Below, piece by piece: positions 29,052 through 38,197 of a stretch of DNA of 47,011 nucleotides. The stretch is from a virus (lineage: Duplodnaviria; Heunggongvirae; Uroviricota; Caudoviricetes). A program made the position numbers and the translations under genes. How positions within the stretch are numbered: the stretch's first letter is position 1; each line of letters starts with the position of its first letter. The stretch lies in IMG/VR virus record IMGVR_UViG_2534682294_000023. The stretch is one strand, 5' to 3'. Below the pieces are notes generated by a model. The model was not told the DNA's origin and searched no databases. It saw only the letters and a list, made by a program, of their open reading frames with translations.

Positions 29052-29344
29052 GCTGTATCAACACTCCTGCGGATATGATAGGTATTATTTTCCCGATCGA
29101 GCTGAACCCGATACTCCGGAGGAATCACAAAAATATTAAAACCATCATCAGTTTTTATTCTTGAGTAGCATTCCCCCTTATGATATCTGGCCAGTGCATT
29201 AATCAGAGAAGTCGCAGCCTGCCCAATCAGGTATTTTTTATGAAAAATACTGATAACTTTCCGGCACAGCCATCGTGTAATGACGAATGCACCGAAAAAG
29301 GATGTGATATATAAATACCAGAACAACTGCGAACTACTGTCCAT
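29048..29344 (-). CDS. Hypothetical early-region membrane protein
   Basis: 98-aa ORF with N-terminal transmembrane helix; AT-rich. Confidence 0.4.
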   Translation of the reverse strand: MDSSSQLFWYLYITSFFGAFVITRWLCRKVISIFHKKYLIGQAATSLINALARYHKGECYSRIKTDDGFNIFVIPPEYRVQLDRENNTYHIRRSVDTA

Positions 29345-29531
29345 TATCTTTCTCCTTATTCAGTCTTCTGCGGCATTCGGCACAGTCATCAGGGCTTTCA
29401 AATGTATCCGGCTCGCGATTATGAGCCAGATATAACCACCGTCCACATATACTGATATTTTCGCCTGTTTTAAAAAAATGATGCTTCCTGGCCATTAGTG
29501 GCCGCGCCCATCCAGCGGGTAGACTATTCAT
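29334..29531 (-). CDS. Hypothetical small Cys-containing protein
   Basis: 65-aa ORF, CGRW...CAEC spacing. Confidence 0.3.
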   Translation of the reverse strand: MNSLPAGWARPLMARKHHFFKTGENISICGRWLYLAHNREPDTFESPDDCAECRRRLNKEKDNGQ

Positions 29532-29859
29532 TTGCTTTATCCTCCATGCTGGACAGAATCATATGTATTAATGTCGGGCGTGGAGATATACGCATTTCAT
29601 TAAGCGTCTGAAGGGCAGCAACAGCTGCCTGTTTATCGGTGCCTTTGGCAATTTCAGCAAGAGAATGCACAATCCATAATGGGCTTAACGCTACGGCTGA
29701 ATGCAGAATCATGTCATCCATAATAATTTCTGGCATATCCCGTTTGTCACATTCTTTATCCATAAAAGAAACGATTTTTTCTGCATCTTCCGGTTTCATT
29801 CCTCCGGCGATGAGAATTTTACGATATTCATAAGACGATCTTAATTCAATACTCATCAT
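29524..29859 (-). CDS. Hypothetical early-region protein
   Basis: 111-aa ORF overlapping neighbours by a few nt. Confidence 0.4.
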   Translation of the reverse strand: MMSIELRSSYEYRKILIAGGMKPEDAEKIVSFMDKECDKRDMPEIIMDDMILHSAVALSPLWIVHSLAEIAKGTDKQAAVAALQTLNEMRISPRPTLIHMILSSMEDKANE

Positions 29860-29871
29860 TCACCTGCCTGT

Positions 29872-30264
29872 TTAATCAGTTTCCAGTGCTTTGCTACGGG
29901 CAACAGCCTCACACTCAAAAAATACCGACTCCGGCACACGCTCCTTTAATTCACGAACAAGAAAATCATTAACGAGTTCATGACGTCTTATATTTCTTTC
30001 CTTTTCCTCCTGGCGCAATACAGCAAGGCGGTATTCAACAGTCCGGCGTTGTTTCTGAAAGACAGCCAGTGCTTTTCTGGCAGAGTTACGCCATGTATCA
30101 TCGCCACAGGGTTCGTATTCAAGCTGAAATTTAATCTCTTCAATGGTTTCTTTTATTTTTGCCAGCAAGCTAAGACAGTCGCTGATTGTCTTCAGTTTTT
30201 CATTATCAATATAACTTCTCACGCATTCACCTCCCGTCATTCCGGTAAAGCTGAAATATGGCAC
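29872..30264 (-). CDS. Hypothetical early-region protein (coiled-coil)
   Basis: 130-aa ORF. Confidence 0.4.
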   Translation of the reverse strand: MPYFSFTGMTGGECVRSYIDNEKLKTISDCLSLLAKIKETIEEIKFQLEYEPCGDDTWRNSARKALAVFQKQRRTVEYRLAVLRQEEKERNIRRHELVNDFLVRELKERVPESVFFECEAVARSKALETD

Positions 30265-30548
30265 CAGTGCGTCACCTGTCCGTCCTCATCTTCAAGGCAG
30301 GCTCCGGTTTCTTCATCAATAAAAAAGCCTTCATACCCCATATGGCCGATGCGCAGTTCCTGTTGGTCACCATACTGAACAATCAGCACGACAGCCTCCA
30401 TATCAGGCGGGAAAGCATCATTCAGTGAATGCCAGGGATAACCGCGCAAATCCCCGAAATAAACACCGGTCAGCGTTCCGCCACAGACCGGCATTCCGAC
30501 GGCACACACAAGGGGTTCATCTGATTCAACAAATAATGTCGTTATCAT
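30237..30548 (-). CDS. Hypothetical early-region protein
   Basis: 103-aa acidic ORF. Confidence 0.4.
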   Translation of the reverse strand: MITTLFVESDEPLVCAVGMPVCGGTLTGVYFGDLRGYPWHSLNDAFPPDMEAVVLIVQYGDQQELRIGHMGYEGFFIDEETGACLEDEDGQVTHWCHISALPE

Positions 30549-31096
30549 GGCATTAATTCCCGTAATACAACATCTTCGGCAGTCCGACGACGGTGATAAA
30601 TAAAACTCACCGTGCCCTCGGATAATTCAAATTTCTCGCCGATTTCCCTAAAGGTAAGACGCCGTGGTGATTCAGCATCCCGTAATTCACGAATAAGACG
30701 AACATCATCGTCAGGTATGCGGGTGAAGGGCAGCAACTCTCCGTATTTTTTCATGCTTACGCCAATATATCGCGCCCGATTGTGGACAGAATCCCGGTCT
30801 CGCCCCAGATATTCTCCTATTTGCTTACCGGTCATTGTTCTGGCATTTTTTCGGATAAATTTATCTTCATCAGGTTTAAATCTGAGGCGTTTGCATTTGA
30901 GCAACTCCGGGTAAGTACCGCGTAATAAAACAATCCGGTTATGTACACCCCAGAAACTTCTTTTTATCCTGACAGCAATATCCTTAACCGGGGTGGATGG
31001 ATAAAGCGCAATCAGCAGCGCATCTTCTTCAGGTGTCCATGCGCGAACATGAGCGGGTGCACGGCCTTTTCTCCCCATGGGTTGTAATATCATCAT
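30545..31096 (-). CDS. Hypothetical early-region protein with three tandem HTH-like repeats
   Basis: 183-aa ORF; three segments of similar pattern (WTPEEDALLIAL...IAVRI, MTGKQIGEYLGRDRDSVHNRARYIG, LTFREIGEKFELSEGTVSFIYHRR). Confidence 0.45.
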   Translation of the reverse strand: MMILQPMGRKGRAPAHVRAWTPEEDALLIALYPSTPVKDIAVRIKRSFWGVHNRIVLLRGTYPELLKCKRLRFKPDEDKFIRKNARTMTGKQIGEYLGRDRDSVHNRARYIGVSMKKYGELLPFTRIPDDDVRLIRELRDAESPRRLTFREIGEKFELSEGTVSFIYHRRRTAEDVVLRELMP

Positions 31097-31099
31097 GCA

Positions 31100-31615
31100 T
31101 CACCCCCTGACTCGCTTTTCAGCAGCATAAAACTCATCAGACAGAATTTCGGTCATTTTCTGATTTGCGGGTTTTACGCCGCACTCAAGGTAAATCACAT
31201 CGTCAACGCAGAACCACTTCACAGGGCCAAACATGATTGCCGAGAAATCAATACCCAGCCAGAACAACAGTGCATCGGTTCTGGCATACGTGACGGGCGA
31301 ATATTCACGCCACAGACTGTTAAGTTCGTCAGAGGCAACGCGCAGGGCTTTGGGAATACGTGATGTGCGCGGTGTGCAGCTCCAGCCATTCGACGCAGTC
31401 GGTTTTCGCCATAAGTCGCGATGAAAAGGATATTTGTCATCCATAAAGCGCAGCCCTTTAAAACAAAAGCCACTGATACCGGATACAAATACCGACCGGC
31501 ACGCAACATTCAGCACGGCCTCAAGGCGTTTTGCCTCATCCTTAACTTTCTGGCAGTCCTGCTGATATTTTTGCCACGCGGCCAGCGCGGAAGGGTTTGA
31601 TGTTTTAAAGAACAT
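31100..31615 (-). CDS. Hypothetical early-region protein
   Basis: 171-aa ORF. Confidence 0.45.
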   Translation of the reverse strand: MFFKTSNPSALAAWQKYQQDCQKVKDEAKRLEAVLNVACRSVFVSGISGFCFKGLRFMDDKYPFHRDLWRKPTASNGWSCTPRTSRIPKALRVASDELNSLWREYSPVTYARTDALLFWLGIDFSAIMFGPVKWFCVDDVIYLECGVKPANQKMTEILSDEFYAAEKRVRG

Positions 31616-32148
31616 TACGCCACCTCCGCAGATATCCCGGCAGGCGCGGCCGTCCGGTCAACAATCAGGTAACGCAGAACGCGCGAGGTGATATTCCAGC
31701 CGCTTAAACCGCAGATAATGACACCCAGGCGTATGTCGATATACGCCATCACAAACTGGGGCACGCCTTCTTTCATGGCCTGCTCATCAACTTCAGCCAC
31801 CACATAAACGGTTTCACAGGTCAGAACGCCCTGAGCAAATTCCCACGCCATTGACGGAATATCATGCCCCTCAATCCACGGCAGGGATTTTCTGAAGCTG
31901 CACCACTGAACATCATCAGCCGCACCTTCCTGGCTGCATTTGCGACGAACCGGCTGCACCGGGCGGGGACGCGGAATATCATAAAAACCGTTACATTCCG
32001 TCAGCACCCCGGCATCGACCGCATCACGCAGAAAATAAACCATCGAGGATGGCGGCATATTCATTTTTTCAGCCAGAATGCCGCAGGTCAGACGCCCGTA
32101 AATACTCAGCCAGTTTTTAACCCCTTCAAGCACTTTTGCACCAATCAT
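31615..32148 (-). CDS. Hypothetical early-region protein
   Basis: 177-aa ORF. Confidence 0.45.
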   Translation of the reverse strand: MIGAKVLEGVKNWLSIYGRLTCGILAEKMNMPPSSMVYFLRDAVDAGVLTECNGFYDIPRPRPVQPVRRKCSQEGAADDVQWCSFRKSLPWIEGHDIPSMAWEFAQGVLTCETVYVVAEVDEQAMKEGVPQFVMAYIDIRLGVIICGLSGWNITSRVLRYLIVDRTAAPAGISAEVA

Positions 32149-32151
32149 GAA

Positions 32152-32694
32152 TTATTCCTCCGTCAGCGCCACATATTCAGAATGTTTAATCTCCTGGCAT
32201 TCTTCAGGAATACCCCCTTTTATTTCCCTGCCATAAGCGCCTACTTTAAACACCACGCACAGGGCATCACGGGAGAGCGACGGGGTCCACCAGGAGTCCA
32301 TGTTAAACATGGAGGGGATTCTCATTACCCCCAGCTTTTCACAGAGCCAGACAAGGAAATCAGGACGCTTTCTTAACTCGCGTTCAGCGGCTTCAATCAT
32401 TGCGGCAATCGCCGGTCCTTCAGGGCATGACTCATCAGGTCTGGCAATAAAGCACGGTCCGTCCCCGATAAAAGCCACATCATCGCGCTTACGCCAGCCC
32501 GCAGGCAGAGCACCAGAAAAATAAAACTCACTGATTACGTCCATGGCAAACGGCTTTAAGCGCAATCCGGCAGCGCCTGTATTTTTCAGTAATGCCCGAA
32601 GAATACTGTTGCGTAGCGGTAAAACAGTCTGTTGATATTTGGTGAAATATTTATTTGTCTGCACACGGTCTAATTTGAAATAAAAATATGCCAT
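32152..32694 (-). CDS. Hypothetical early-region protein
   Basis: 180-aa ORF. Confidence 0.45.
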   Translation of the reverse strand: MAYFYFKLDRVQTNKYFTKYQQTVLPLRNSILRALLKNTGAAGLRLKPFAMDVISEFYFSGALPAGWRKRDDVAFIGDGPCFIARPDESCPEGPAIAAMIEAAERELRKRPDFLVWLCEKLGVMRIPSMFNMDSWWTPSLSRDALCVVFKVGAYGREIKGGIPEECQEIKHSEYVALTEE

Positions 32695-32791
32695 ATATCC
32701 TGTTCCTTATTTTCAGTTTACAGGCGCAGGCAGTCCCCTGACGCGAGCGCCATAATTAAAACGAAGTGATATTTAATTGATTAATGCGGTG

Positions 32792-33322
32792 TTATTTATT
32801 CAGTCCGGCGTCCTGTTCAAAAGGCTCGACATAAAAACTTTCAGCGCCTTTATTCACCTTAATACCGGCAATCCCTTTCACCGCATCCGGCTCCGCCAGG
32901 ACCGCTTCCTTGTTCACTTCCTCTTTCGTGCGGATGAATCGCTCAAGCCCCATACGGCGCAGCATTTCAATCACACCTTCCACATCACGACTGACGCTGC
33001 ATGATGGATTCCCCAGTCGCCATGACACCGTTCCGGTGGTCAGATTGGCAGTTTTGGTTTTGCCGCCGTTCGTCAGCTCATCACGGTTGGTTTTGCACCA
33101 GTCCTGAATCCCCTTAAAAAGCACTTTGATTTCTTTTTTAAGGTTTTCAATCTGCGGCGTATAACGGGCGGTGATTTCTGCCACTTCATCATTCATCGCT
33201 GTTTCCAGGCGCAGCGCCTCTCGCTGAATATCGCCCAGGGTGCGGATATCGCGGCTGACCTCTTCACGGGTCTGCGGTGCCGCCTCTGCTGCGGCCTTTA
33301 ATTTTGTAACGCGTTTTGCCAT
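32792..33322 (-). CDS. gam: Host-nuclease inhibitor Gam (Ku-like DNA end-binding protein)
   Basis: 176-aa ORF; size, composition and position match Mu Gam. Confidence 0.75.
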   Translation of the reverse strand: MAKRVTKLKAAAEAAPQTREEVSRDIRTLGDIQREALRLETAMNDEVAEITARYTPQIENLKKEIKVLFKGIQDWCKTNRDELTNGGKTKTANLTTGTVSWRLGNPSCSVSRDVEGVIEMLRRMGLERFIRTKEEVNKEAVLAEPDAVKGIAGIKVNKGAESFYVEPFEQDAGLNK

Positions 33323-33333
33323 TTTGTTTTTCC

Positions 33334-33654
33334 TTATTGCAGTGTGCCTGATGCTTTATGCACGCGGTGGCGTTTAATGATGGCATCCGCCCCAAAAGCC
33401 TGTACAGATGCCTGAAATTCCGCTGAGAGAAACTGAATAATTTCAGGACTGTGATACTGGAGAATACTTGCATAAACGTCACAGAGTGACGTCGGCCTGT
33501 TATTCGTATCACGTTCTGTTTTTACATCCACACCAATCTTTTCATGCACTTCAACACAGTCATTGCCTGCCGGTTTTTCGTCATGCGAAACATGCTTAAA
33601 TTCAAAAATAACGCGTACTTTGCTCATGGAATTACCCCTGCTGATTAAATTCAT
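33334..33654 (-). CDS. Hypothetical protein, paralogue of the next ORF
   Basis: N-terminus MSKVRVIFEFKHV parallels MSKVVRIIFEYKEHV of the 33632-33904 ORF. Confidence 0.4.
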   Translation of the reverse strand: MNLISRGNSMSKVRVIFEFKHVSHDEKPAGNDCVEVHEKIGVDVKTERDTNNRPTSLCDVYASILQYHSPEIIQFLSAEFQASVQAFGADAIIKRHRVHKASGTLQ

Positions 33655-33904
33655 TACCTTTAATAACCCCGGAACGCATGCTCATATCTTTCATGAGCGC
33701 ACTGGCTTTCATTGCCACAAGTTCAGCAAAGTCTCTGCTTTCCGCGAGCATAACCACCCCAAAAATCATGGCGGGTCCATCACCTTTCTGCTTTATCCCG
33801 GTTGAACGTATGTCCAGACTTACCCCCATGCGCACTGTTCCATCAGCGTTTTTATGGATAACGTGCTCCTTGTATTCGAAAATAATGCGTACGACTTTAC
33901 TCAT
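33632..33904 (-). CDS. Hypothetical protein, paralogue of the previous ORF
   Basis: Shared N-terminal motif with the 33334-33654 ORF. Confidence 0.4.
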   Translation of the reverse strand: MSKVVRIIFEYKEHVIHKNADGTVRMGVSLDIRSTGIKQKGDGPAMIFGVVMLAESRDFAELVAMKASALMKDMSMRSGVIKGNEFNQQG

Positions 33905-34182
33905 CCTCTGGTCCTCGTTCTGTTTGGATAACTGACCCGGCGTCTGACCTCACGGCAGAACCGAATCATGGCATTAAAGGCTTCTTCCTCCGTCACCGCT
34001 TCCGGTATCCCCGGAACCAGCAACTGCTCCTGTTCATCACGTCCATGACGCGCCATAACCTCAATCACATGCCGTACCGTGGCAGGCTTTCCGGCAACTA
34101 TCGGCAATGCACCTTCCGGCAGGACGTAACCAAACTCAATAAGACCACTCGACCACGCCCATGCAATGAGATTTTTTTTCAC
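33901..34182 (-). CDS. Hypothetical early protein
   Basis: 93-aa ORF, start overlaps upstream gene. Confidence 0.4.
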   Translation of the reverse strand: MKKNLIAWAWSSGLIEFGYVLPEGALPIVAGKPATVRHVIEVMARHGRDEQEQLLVPGIPEAVTEEEAFNAMIRFCREVRRRVSYPNRTRTRG

Positions 34183-34183
34183 C

Positions 34184-34450
34184 TCACACCTCCCAGTAAA
34201 CCGTGCAGCCGCTGATGCGGGTGGCCTTCACACGGCGGCGCAGGCCGTTGGTCTGTATGGTGATTTCAATTTCACCGGTTCCCTGCACGTTGCCTACCGG
34301 CGGCGTGGTTTTCAGTGCAAAACGTTGCGGATAGCGCTTACTGCGTTCCAGTACCGCACCGGCAAGTTCGGTCAGACGGCGCGCGCTGTTCAGGGAGTCG
34401 AATAAATTCATTTTGTTACCGCAGGATTGCATATTCATATAACACCTCAT
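34184..34450 (-). CDS. Hypothetical early protein
   Basis: 88-aa ORF. Confidence 0.4.
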   Translation of the reverse strand: MRCYMNMQSCGNKMNLFDSLNSARRLTELAGAVLERSKRYPQRFALKTTPPVGNVQGTGEIEITIQTNGLRRRVKATRISGCTVYWEV

Positions 34451-34678
34451 TTAGCTGACTTGTTTCGCACCAACAGAACGGCATATTCCGCTGTAAACGT
34501 CTGTCGCACCTTCTCGATCAAGTCCGGCAGATATCACCATTCGTGTGCGGTCATTAAATTCAAAAAGTAAATCGCCACATTCTTTATTTTCGGCCAGTGA
34601 AATCACCTTCACGTTATCGAAATTAACCAGGTAAAAGCGTCCGTAAATATCAGGAATATTAAATACCGCCATAATCAC
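34451..34678 (-). CDS. Possible Kil-like protein
   Basis: 75-aa ORF immediately downstream of B with start/stop overlap, as kil is in Mu; no sequence-level confirmation. Confidence 0.3.
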   Translation of the reverse strand: MIMAVFNIPDIYGRFYLVNFDNVKVISLAENKECGDLLFEFNDRTRMVISAGLDREGATDVYSGICRSVGAKQVS

Positions 34679-35607
34679 ACCTGTGAGAGTAATTCAGGGT
34701 TGGTATAAACCTCTTTAAAGGCCGCATTAATATGTTTTTCTGTCAGCGCCGCGCCTTCACCGCTGGCGGTGAGCCACGCCTGGTTAAGCGTATGTGTCAG
34801 AACGCGTAACGCTCCCGGCTTTTCAGCGATAGCCTGCATGACGGCCAGCTCGGCCTCACCACTGATCCCCCACGCCCTGGCAATGGCCAGCACATCCGCC
34901 TTTTTGGCCTTGCGAAGTTGTTTTGTACGGGCAAGACGGCTGAACAGGCGCGATAAATCATCAAAGGTGCGGCGTCCACCTTTAAACAATCCGCGCGGGT
35001 TACCAATAAGCACCATCCCGATCCCCGTGGCGTCCTGAATTGCCCGGAGTTGCTCCAGACCGTCAATACCAAGATGATCCGCCTCATCCACAATCACCAG
35101 TCCACGCGTTCCCATCAGGCGACGGCGGATGGCGCGGGATAATGCCCCTTTGTTCGCGCGGGTGTAATCAATCCCCAGCGCATCGGCCAGCTCCAGCAGA
35201 CACTCCGTGACGCTGGAGTGCGCGGGTGACAGGGTGATCATCCAGGTGTTTGGTTGCTCCTGGCAGTAATTACGGGCAGTGGCCGTTTTACCCACACCCG
35301 GTACGCCCACAATAACGTTAATACAGCCCATCAGACGAACCGCCTGAAACAGTGCGCGCAGCTCCTGGACTGTCTGCGTTTCCACAAACTGCGGCGGTTC
35401 CGGCAGTGCGCTTTGTTTATTCCAGTTCTCATACCAGGAACGCAGGGAAGCAGCCACAGCAGCGTTATCGCCTTTATATTTTCCCTTACGGAAAGCCGAT
35501 AATGTGCCGTCGGAAATTCCCGCCTCTCTGGCGATGGCATACTGCGTCAGTACGCCGCCATCAATAAGTTCATCAATGGTCTTGATTACATCGTTAATAT
35601 CAGTCAT
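34675..35607 (-). CDS. B: Transposition ATPase B (MuB-like)
   Basis: 310-aa ORF with Walker A GVPGVGKT and N-terminal HTH; immediately downstream of the transposase. Confidence 0.9.
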   Translation of the reverse strand: MTDINDVIKTIDELIDGGVLTQYAIAREAGISDGTLSAFRKGKYKGDNAAVAASLRSWYENWNKQSALPEPPQFVETQTVQELRALFQAVRLMGCINVIVGVPGVGKTATARNYCQEQPNTWMITLSPAHSSVTECLLELADALGIDYTRANKGALSRAIRRRLMGTRGLVIVDEADHLGIDGLEQLRAIQDATGIGMVLIGNPRGLFKGGRRTFDDLSRLFSRLARTKQLRKAKKADVLAIARAWGISGEAELAVMQAIAEKPGALRVLTHTLNQAWLTASGEGAALTEKHINAAFKEVYTNPELLSQV

Positions 35608-35678
35608 ATTATTAACCTCTCATTTGATACCTTGTTTAATCAAATAACCTGAGTCGCCGCTCGGGTTATTTTTTTATT

Positions 35679-37769
35679 TCAGGCCAGCGGGTCATTTTCT
35701 TTTAATTTCGCTTCCAGCAACTGCAATCCCCGCTGGAAATTACGCTCGTATTCTTCATCAGGTTCATCATCAACGGCAGGTTGCTGAACGGCCACCGTAT
35801 TACCCACCGGGCGGTAGATGTTTTCCAGCCAGGGCTCCTGCGGCTTGTGCTCCAGCACGTTGACAACCTCATCCTCGGCATCACGGATTTTTTCCTCTGC
35901 GCGTTTACGCATACCTTTAAGGCGCTGCTGCTGTTTGTAGTATTCCGCGCTGACCGGGAAGGCTTCGCGTTTATTGCCGTCCCATACCGCCTCGCAAATC
36001 ACGCTGCCATCCAGGCGACGCACGGTAATTCGTTCGGCATCATGAATGTCATAGCTGATAAGCACCTTACGACCATGCTCGTCACGCAGCTCGGGCGCGT
36101 AGTAAATATTATTCAGCCAGCGTATTTCACAGCGTCTTACAGGGCGTTCCACCATCGGCCGGAACATATCCCGCAGCTCAACATCGGACAGCCATTCAAT
36201 TTCCGTGTCCTCTTCCGCCAGGCGTTTTTTTCTGAACTCCGCCGGGCTGTAATGTTTACCGTTCGGCTTCATCGGTAATTCATCGTGCGGCCGGTTGTTG
36301 TACCACTCAACACCGTCACGAATGGCATCAATCAGTTCAGACCAGGACGGTAAATCACGCATCGCTGACTGCTGCCGGGCGTTCAGCCGTTTGCCCTGTT
36401 GCAGGGCAGTAAATGCCGAGCGTAAATCGCGGTTGGTTTTGCGTAACGTCTCGCGATCTGCACCTTTCCCGAAATAGGTGCGGTATTTACGGGCTATGCG
36501 CATCGGTAATGTGCGGTTAAGCCGTTCGATAATGCCTCGTCCCTGCGGATTACCGGCAATCCCGGTCGGGTGATTAATCCCCAGTCGCGGCAGTATCCCC
36601 ACAACCTCCTTATCCAGGATGTCGGCGGTTTCCCCGGAGCCGTTATCCGAGTAATACAGAAACGGTTTGCCGTGATGGCGAATGCCGTGCTGTATGGCAC
36701 CGGCTACGGCGAAAACATTTTCAGCCAGGTCAAGGCTCCAGCCCACCACAAAGCGCGTGCCACCGTCGATAACAAAGGTCACTTCCGGTGCAAATGGCCG
36801 ACCGTGAACCGGGTGTGCGCATTTCAGCTTCATGCCGTGACCGTCACCAATCCAGACATAATTCACCGGCATTCTGGACCAGTCGCGGCGCGTGAATCCC
36901 TCAAGCTGGCGGTATTCACTGCCGGTCACCCGGCCTTTTTGTTTCACCACTTCCGGCAGTTTCTTCATTGCGCGGCGAATGGTGTCATAAGACGGCATGA
37001 TATCGAGCATATAAGGCTCATCAGCGTGCCGGTGCTGCCATTCAGCGACAAAATCCTCGTAAGCCTCGGTCATTGGTCGGCCGTTTGACTGGCGATACTG
37101 CGCCAGAAATTCGGGCAGCCAGTTAATATCTTCGGCTTTTATTTCCTGGCGCTTACCCGGTGCCAGTAAAAGCAGGCGTTCAGCGGCGTTCTGCGCCTTG
37201 TTAAAGGCCGCAATCCAGCGTTTCAGCGTTATTTCACTCAACGCACGGCTGTTTCCCTTTTTGGCGTTCGCCGTCTCAACCATTGCCACAATGCGCTCGT
37301 CCAGTTGCGAACGTGCCAGGTTGTCAACGATAAACCGGATAGCTTTCGCACAGCTGAAACCGGGGTGTTGCGCGACTTTCATCACTTCGCTGACGATCGC
37401 GATTCGTGCATCAGCCACCTGACGCTGGTTTTCAGTCAGGGCATTAAGGCGTTCAACCATCAGTTGTGGTGATCCGCGATATGCCTCCACCGCATCAACC
37501 ACGGCAGGCGAGCGTCTGGCCTTTGTCACCACCGGAGCCGGTGATTCATCAGCTTTTTGCGTCATCAGTTGAAGGGCATAACGTTCACGCAATACTTGTT
37601 GCGCGCCAGAAGGCAAACAATCGATATTAAATTCGATTGCTTTTGTCCCCTTACGTTTGCGTAACATGGCTGCATTTCCCGCAGCTGCTTTTGTGAGTCG
37701 ATGGCGAATGTTATGTTCCATCATTGGTAAATCAGGAAGACCAACACATTCTTTTGCTGTTACCCACAT
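35679..37769 (-). CDS. A: DDE transposase A (MuA-like)
   Basis: 696-aa ORF; size, domain layout and position between ner and B. Confidence 0.9.
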   Translation of the reverse strand: MWVTAKECVGLPDLPMMEHNIRHRLTKAAAGNAAMLRKRKGTKAIEFNIDCLPSGAQQVLRERYALQLMTQKADESPAPVVTKARRSPAVVDAVEAYRGSPQLMVERLNALTENQRQVADARIAIVSEVMKVAQHPGFSCAKAIRFIVDNLARSQLDERIVAMVETANAKKGNSRALSEITLKRWIAAFNKAQNAAERLLLLAPGKRQEIKAEDINWLPEFLAQYRQSNGRPMTEAYEDFVAEWQHRHADEPYMLDIMPSYDTIRRAMKKLPEVVKQKGRVTGSEYRQLEGFTRRDWSRMPVNYVWIGDGHGMKLKCAHPVHGRPFAPEVTFVIDGGTRFVVGWSLDLAENVFAVAGAIQHGIRHHGKPFLYYSDNGSGETADILDKEVVGILPRLGINHPTGIAGNPQGRGIIERLNRTLPMRIARKYRTYFGKGADRETLRKTNRDLRSAFTALQQGKRLNARQQSAMRDLPSWSELIDAIRDGVEWYNNRPHDELPMKPNGKHYSPAEFRKKRLAEEDTEIEWLSDVELRDMFRPMVERPVRRCEIRWLNNIYYAPELRDEHGRKVLISYDIHDAERITVRRLDGSVICEAVWDGNKREAFPVSAEYYKQQQRLKGMRKRAEEKIRDAEDEVVNVLEHKPQEPWLENIYRPVGNTVAVQQPAVDDEPDEEYERNFQRGLQLLEAKLKENDPLA

Positions 37770-37779
37770 ACATCCCCCA

Positions 37780-38046
37780 TCAAGCCACTTCTCTGGCGTC
37801 CACCTGGTATCTGCTGGGCCAGATTACAGCAGGTTCAACCCCTATTTTTTCGGCGATGGCGGCTTCGTATTTACGGCACTGGCGGTAAAACACATTGCGC
37901 ATTGATCCGCTTTTTAATCCTAACTCCCTTTCCAGTTCAGGGAGGTCTGTGCCTTTGTTTTCAAGGGCTGCATATACCGCTTTAGCAGACCAGTCACACC
38001 CCTCTCGAACAAACAAATTATTCGATGCTTGTCTGGATACCCTCAT
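37780..38046 (-). CDS. ner: Ner-like DNA-binding regulator
   Basis: 88-aa ORF with DWSAKAVYAALENKG and IWPSRYQ, matching the Ner/Nlp family; first gene of the early operon. Confidence 0.8.
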   Translation of the reverse strand: MRVSRQASNNLFVREGCDWSAKAVYAALENKGTDLPELERELGLKSGSMRNVFYRQCRKYEAAIAEKIGVEPAVIWPSRYQVDAREVA

Positions 38047-38063
38047 TGTGTGATCCTCTCATG

Positions 38064-38107
38064 TTTACCTAAACCGATAATCAAAACCGGTTATCGATTT
38101 AGGTAAA
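38064..38107. promoter_or_regulatory. Palindromic operator in the ner-c intergenic region
   Basis: tttacctaaaccgataa (38064-38080) and ttatcgatttaggtaaa (38091-38107) are inverted repeats with one mismatch, 18 bp upstream of the ner start. Confidence 0.5.
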
Positions 38108-38197
38108 CGATACTCGAACAATAATCCGAGATCAAGCTTTTTGTTCGGTTTATTGTTTGGTTTTTCTTTTGTGCGTTTTTGTAGGAAAACCATTTTT

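Noticed and set aside
31864-32376. 170-aa plus-strand ORF in the early region
   Set aside because: Overlaps two co-directional minus-strand ORFs that fit the early operon; no independent signal.
35781-37088. Two plus-strand ORFs (165 and 172 aa) inside the transposase region
   Set aside because: Both are fully contained in, and antisense to, the MuA-like transposase gene, which has strong positional and size support.
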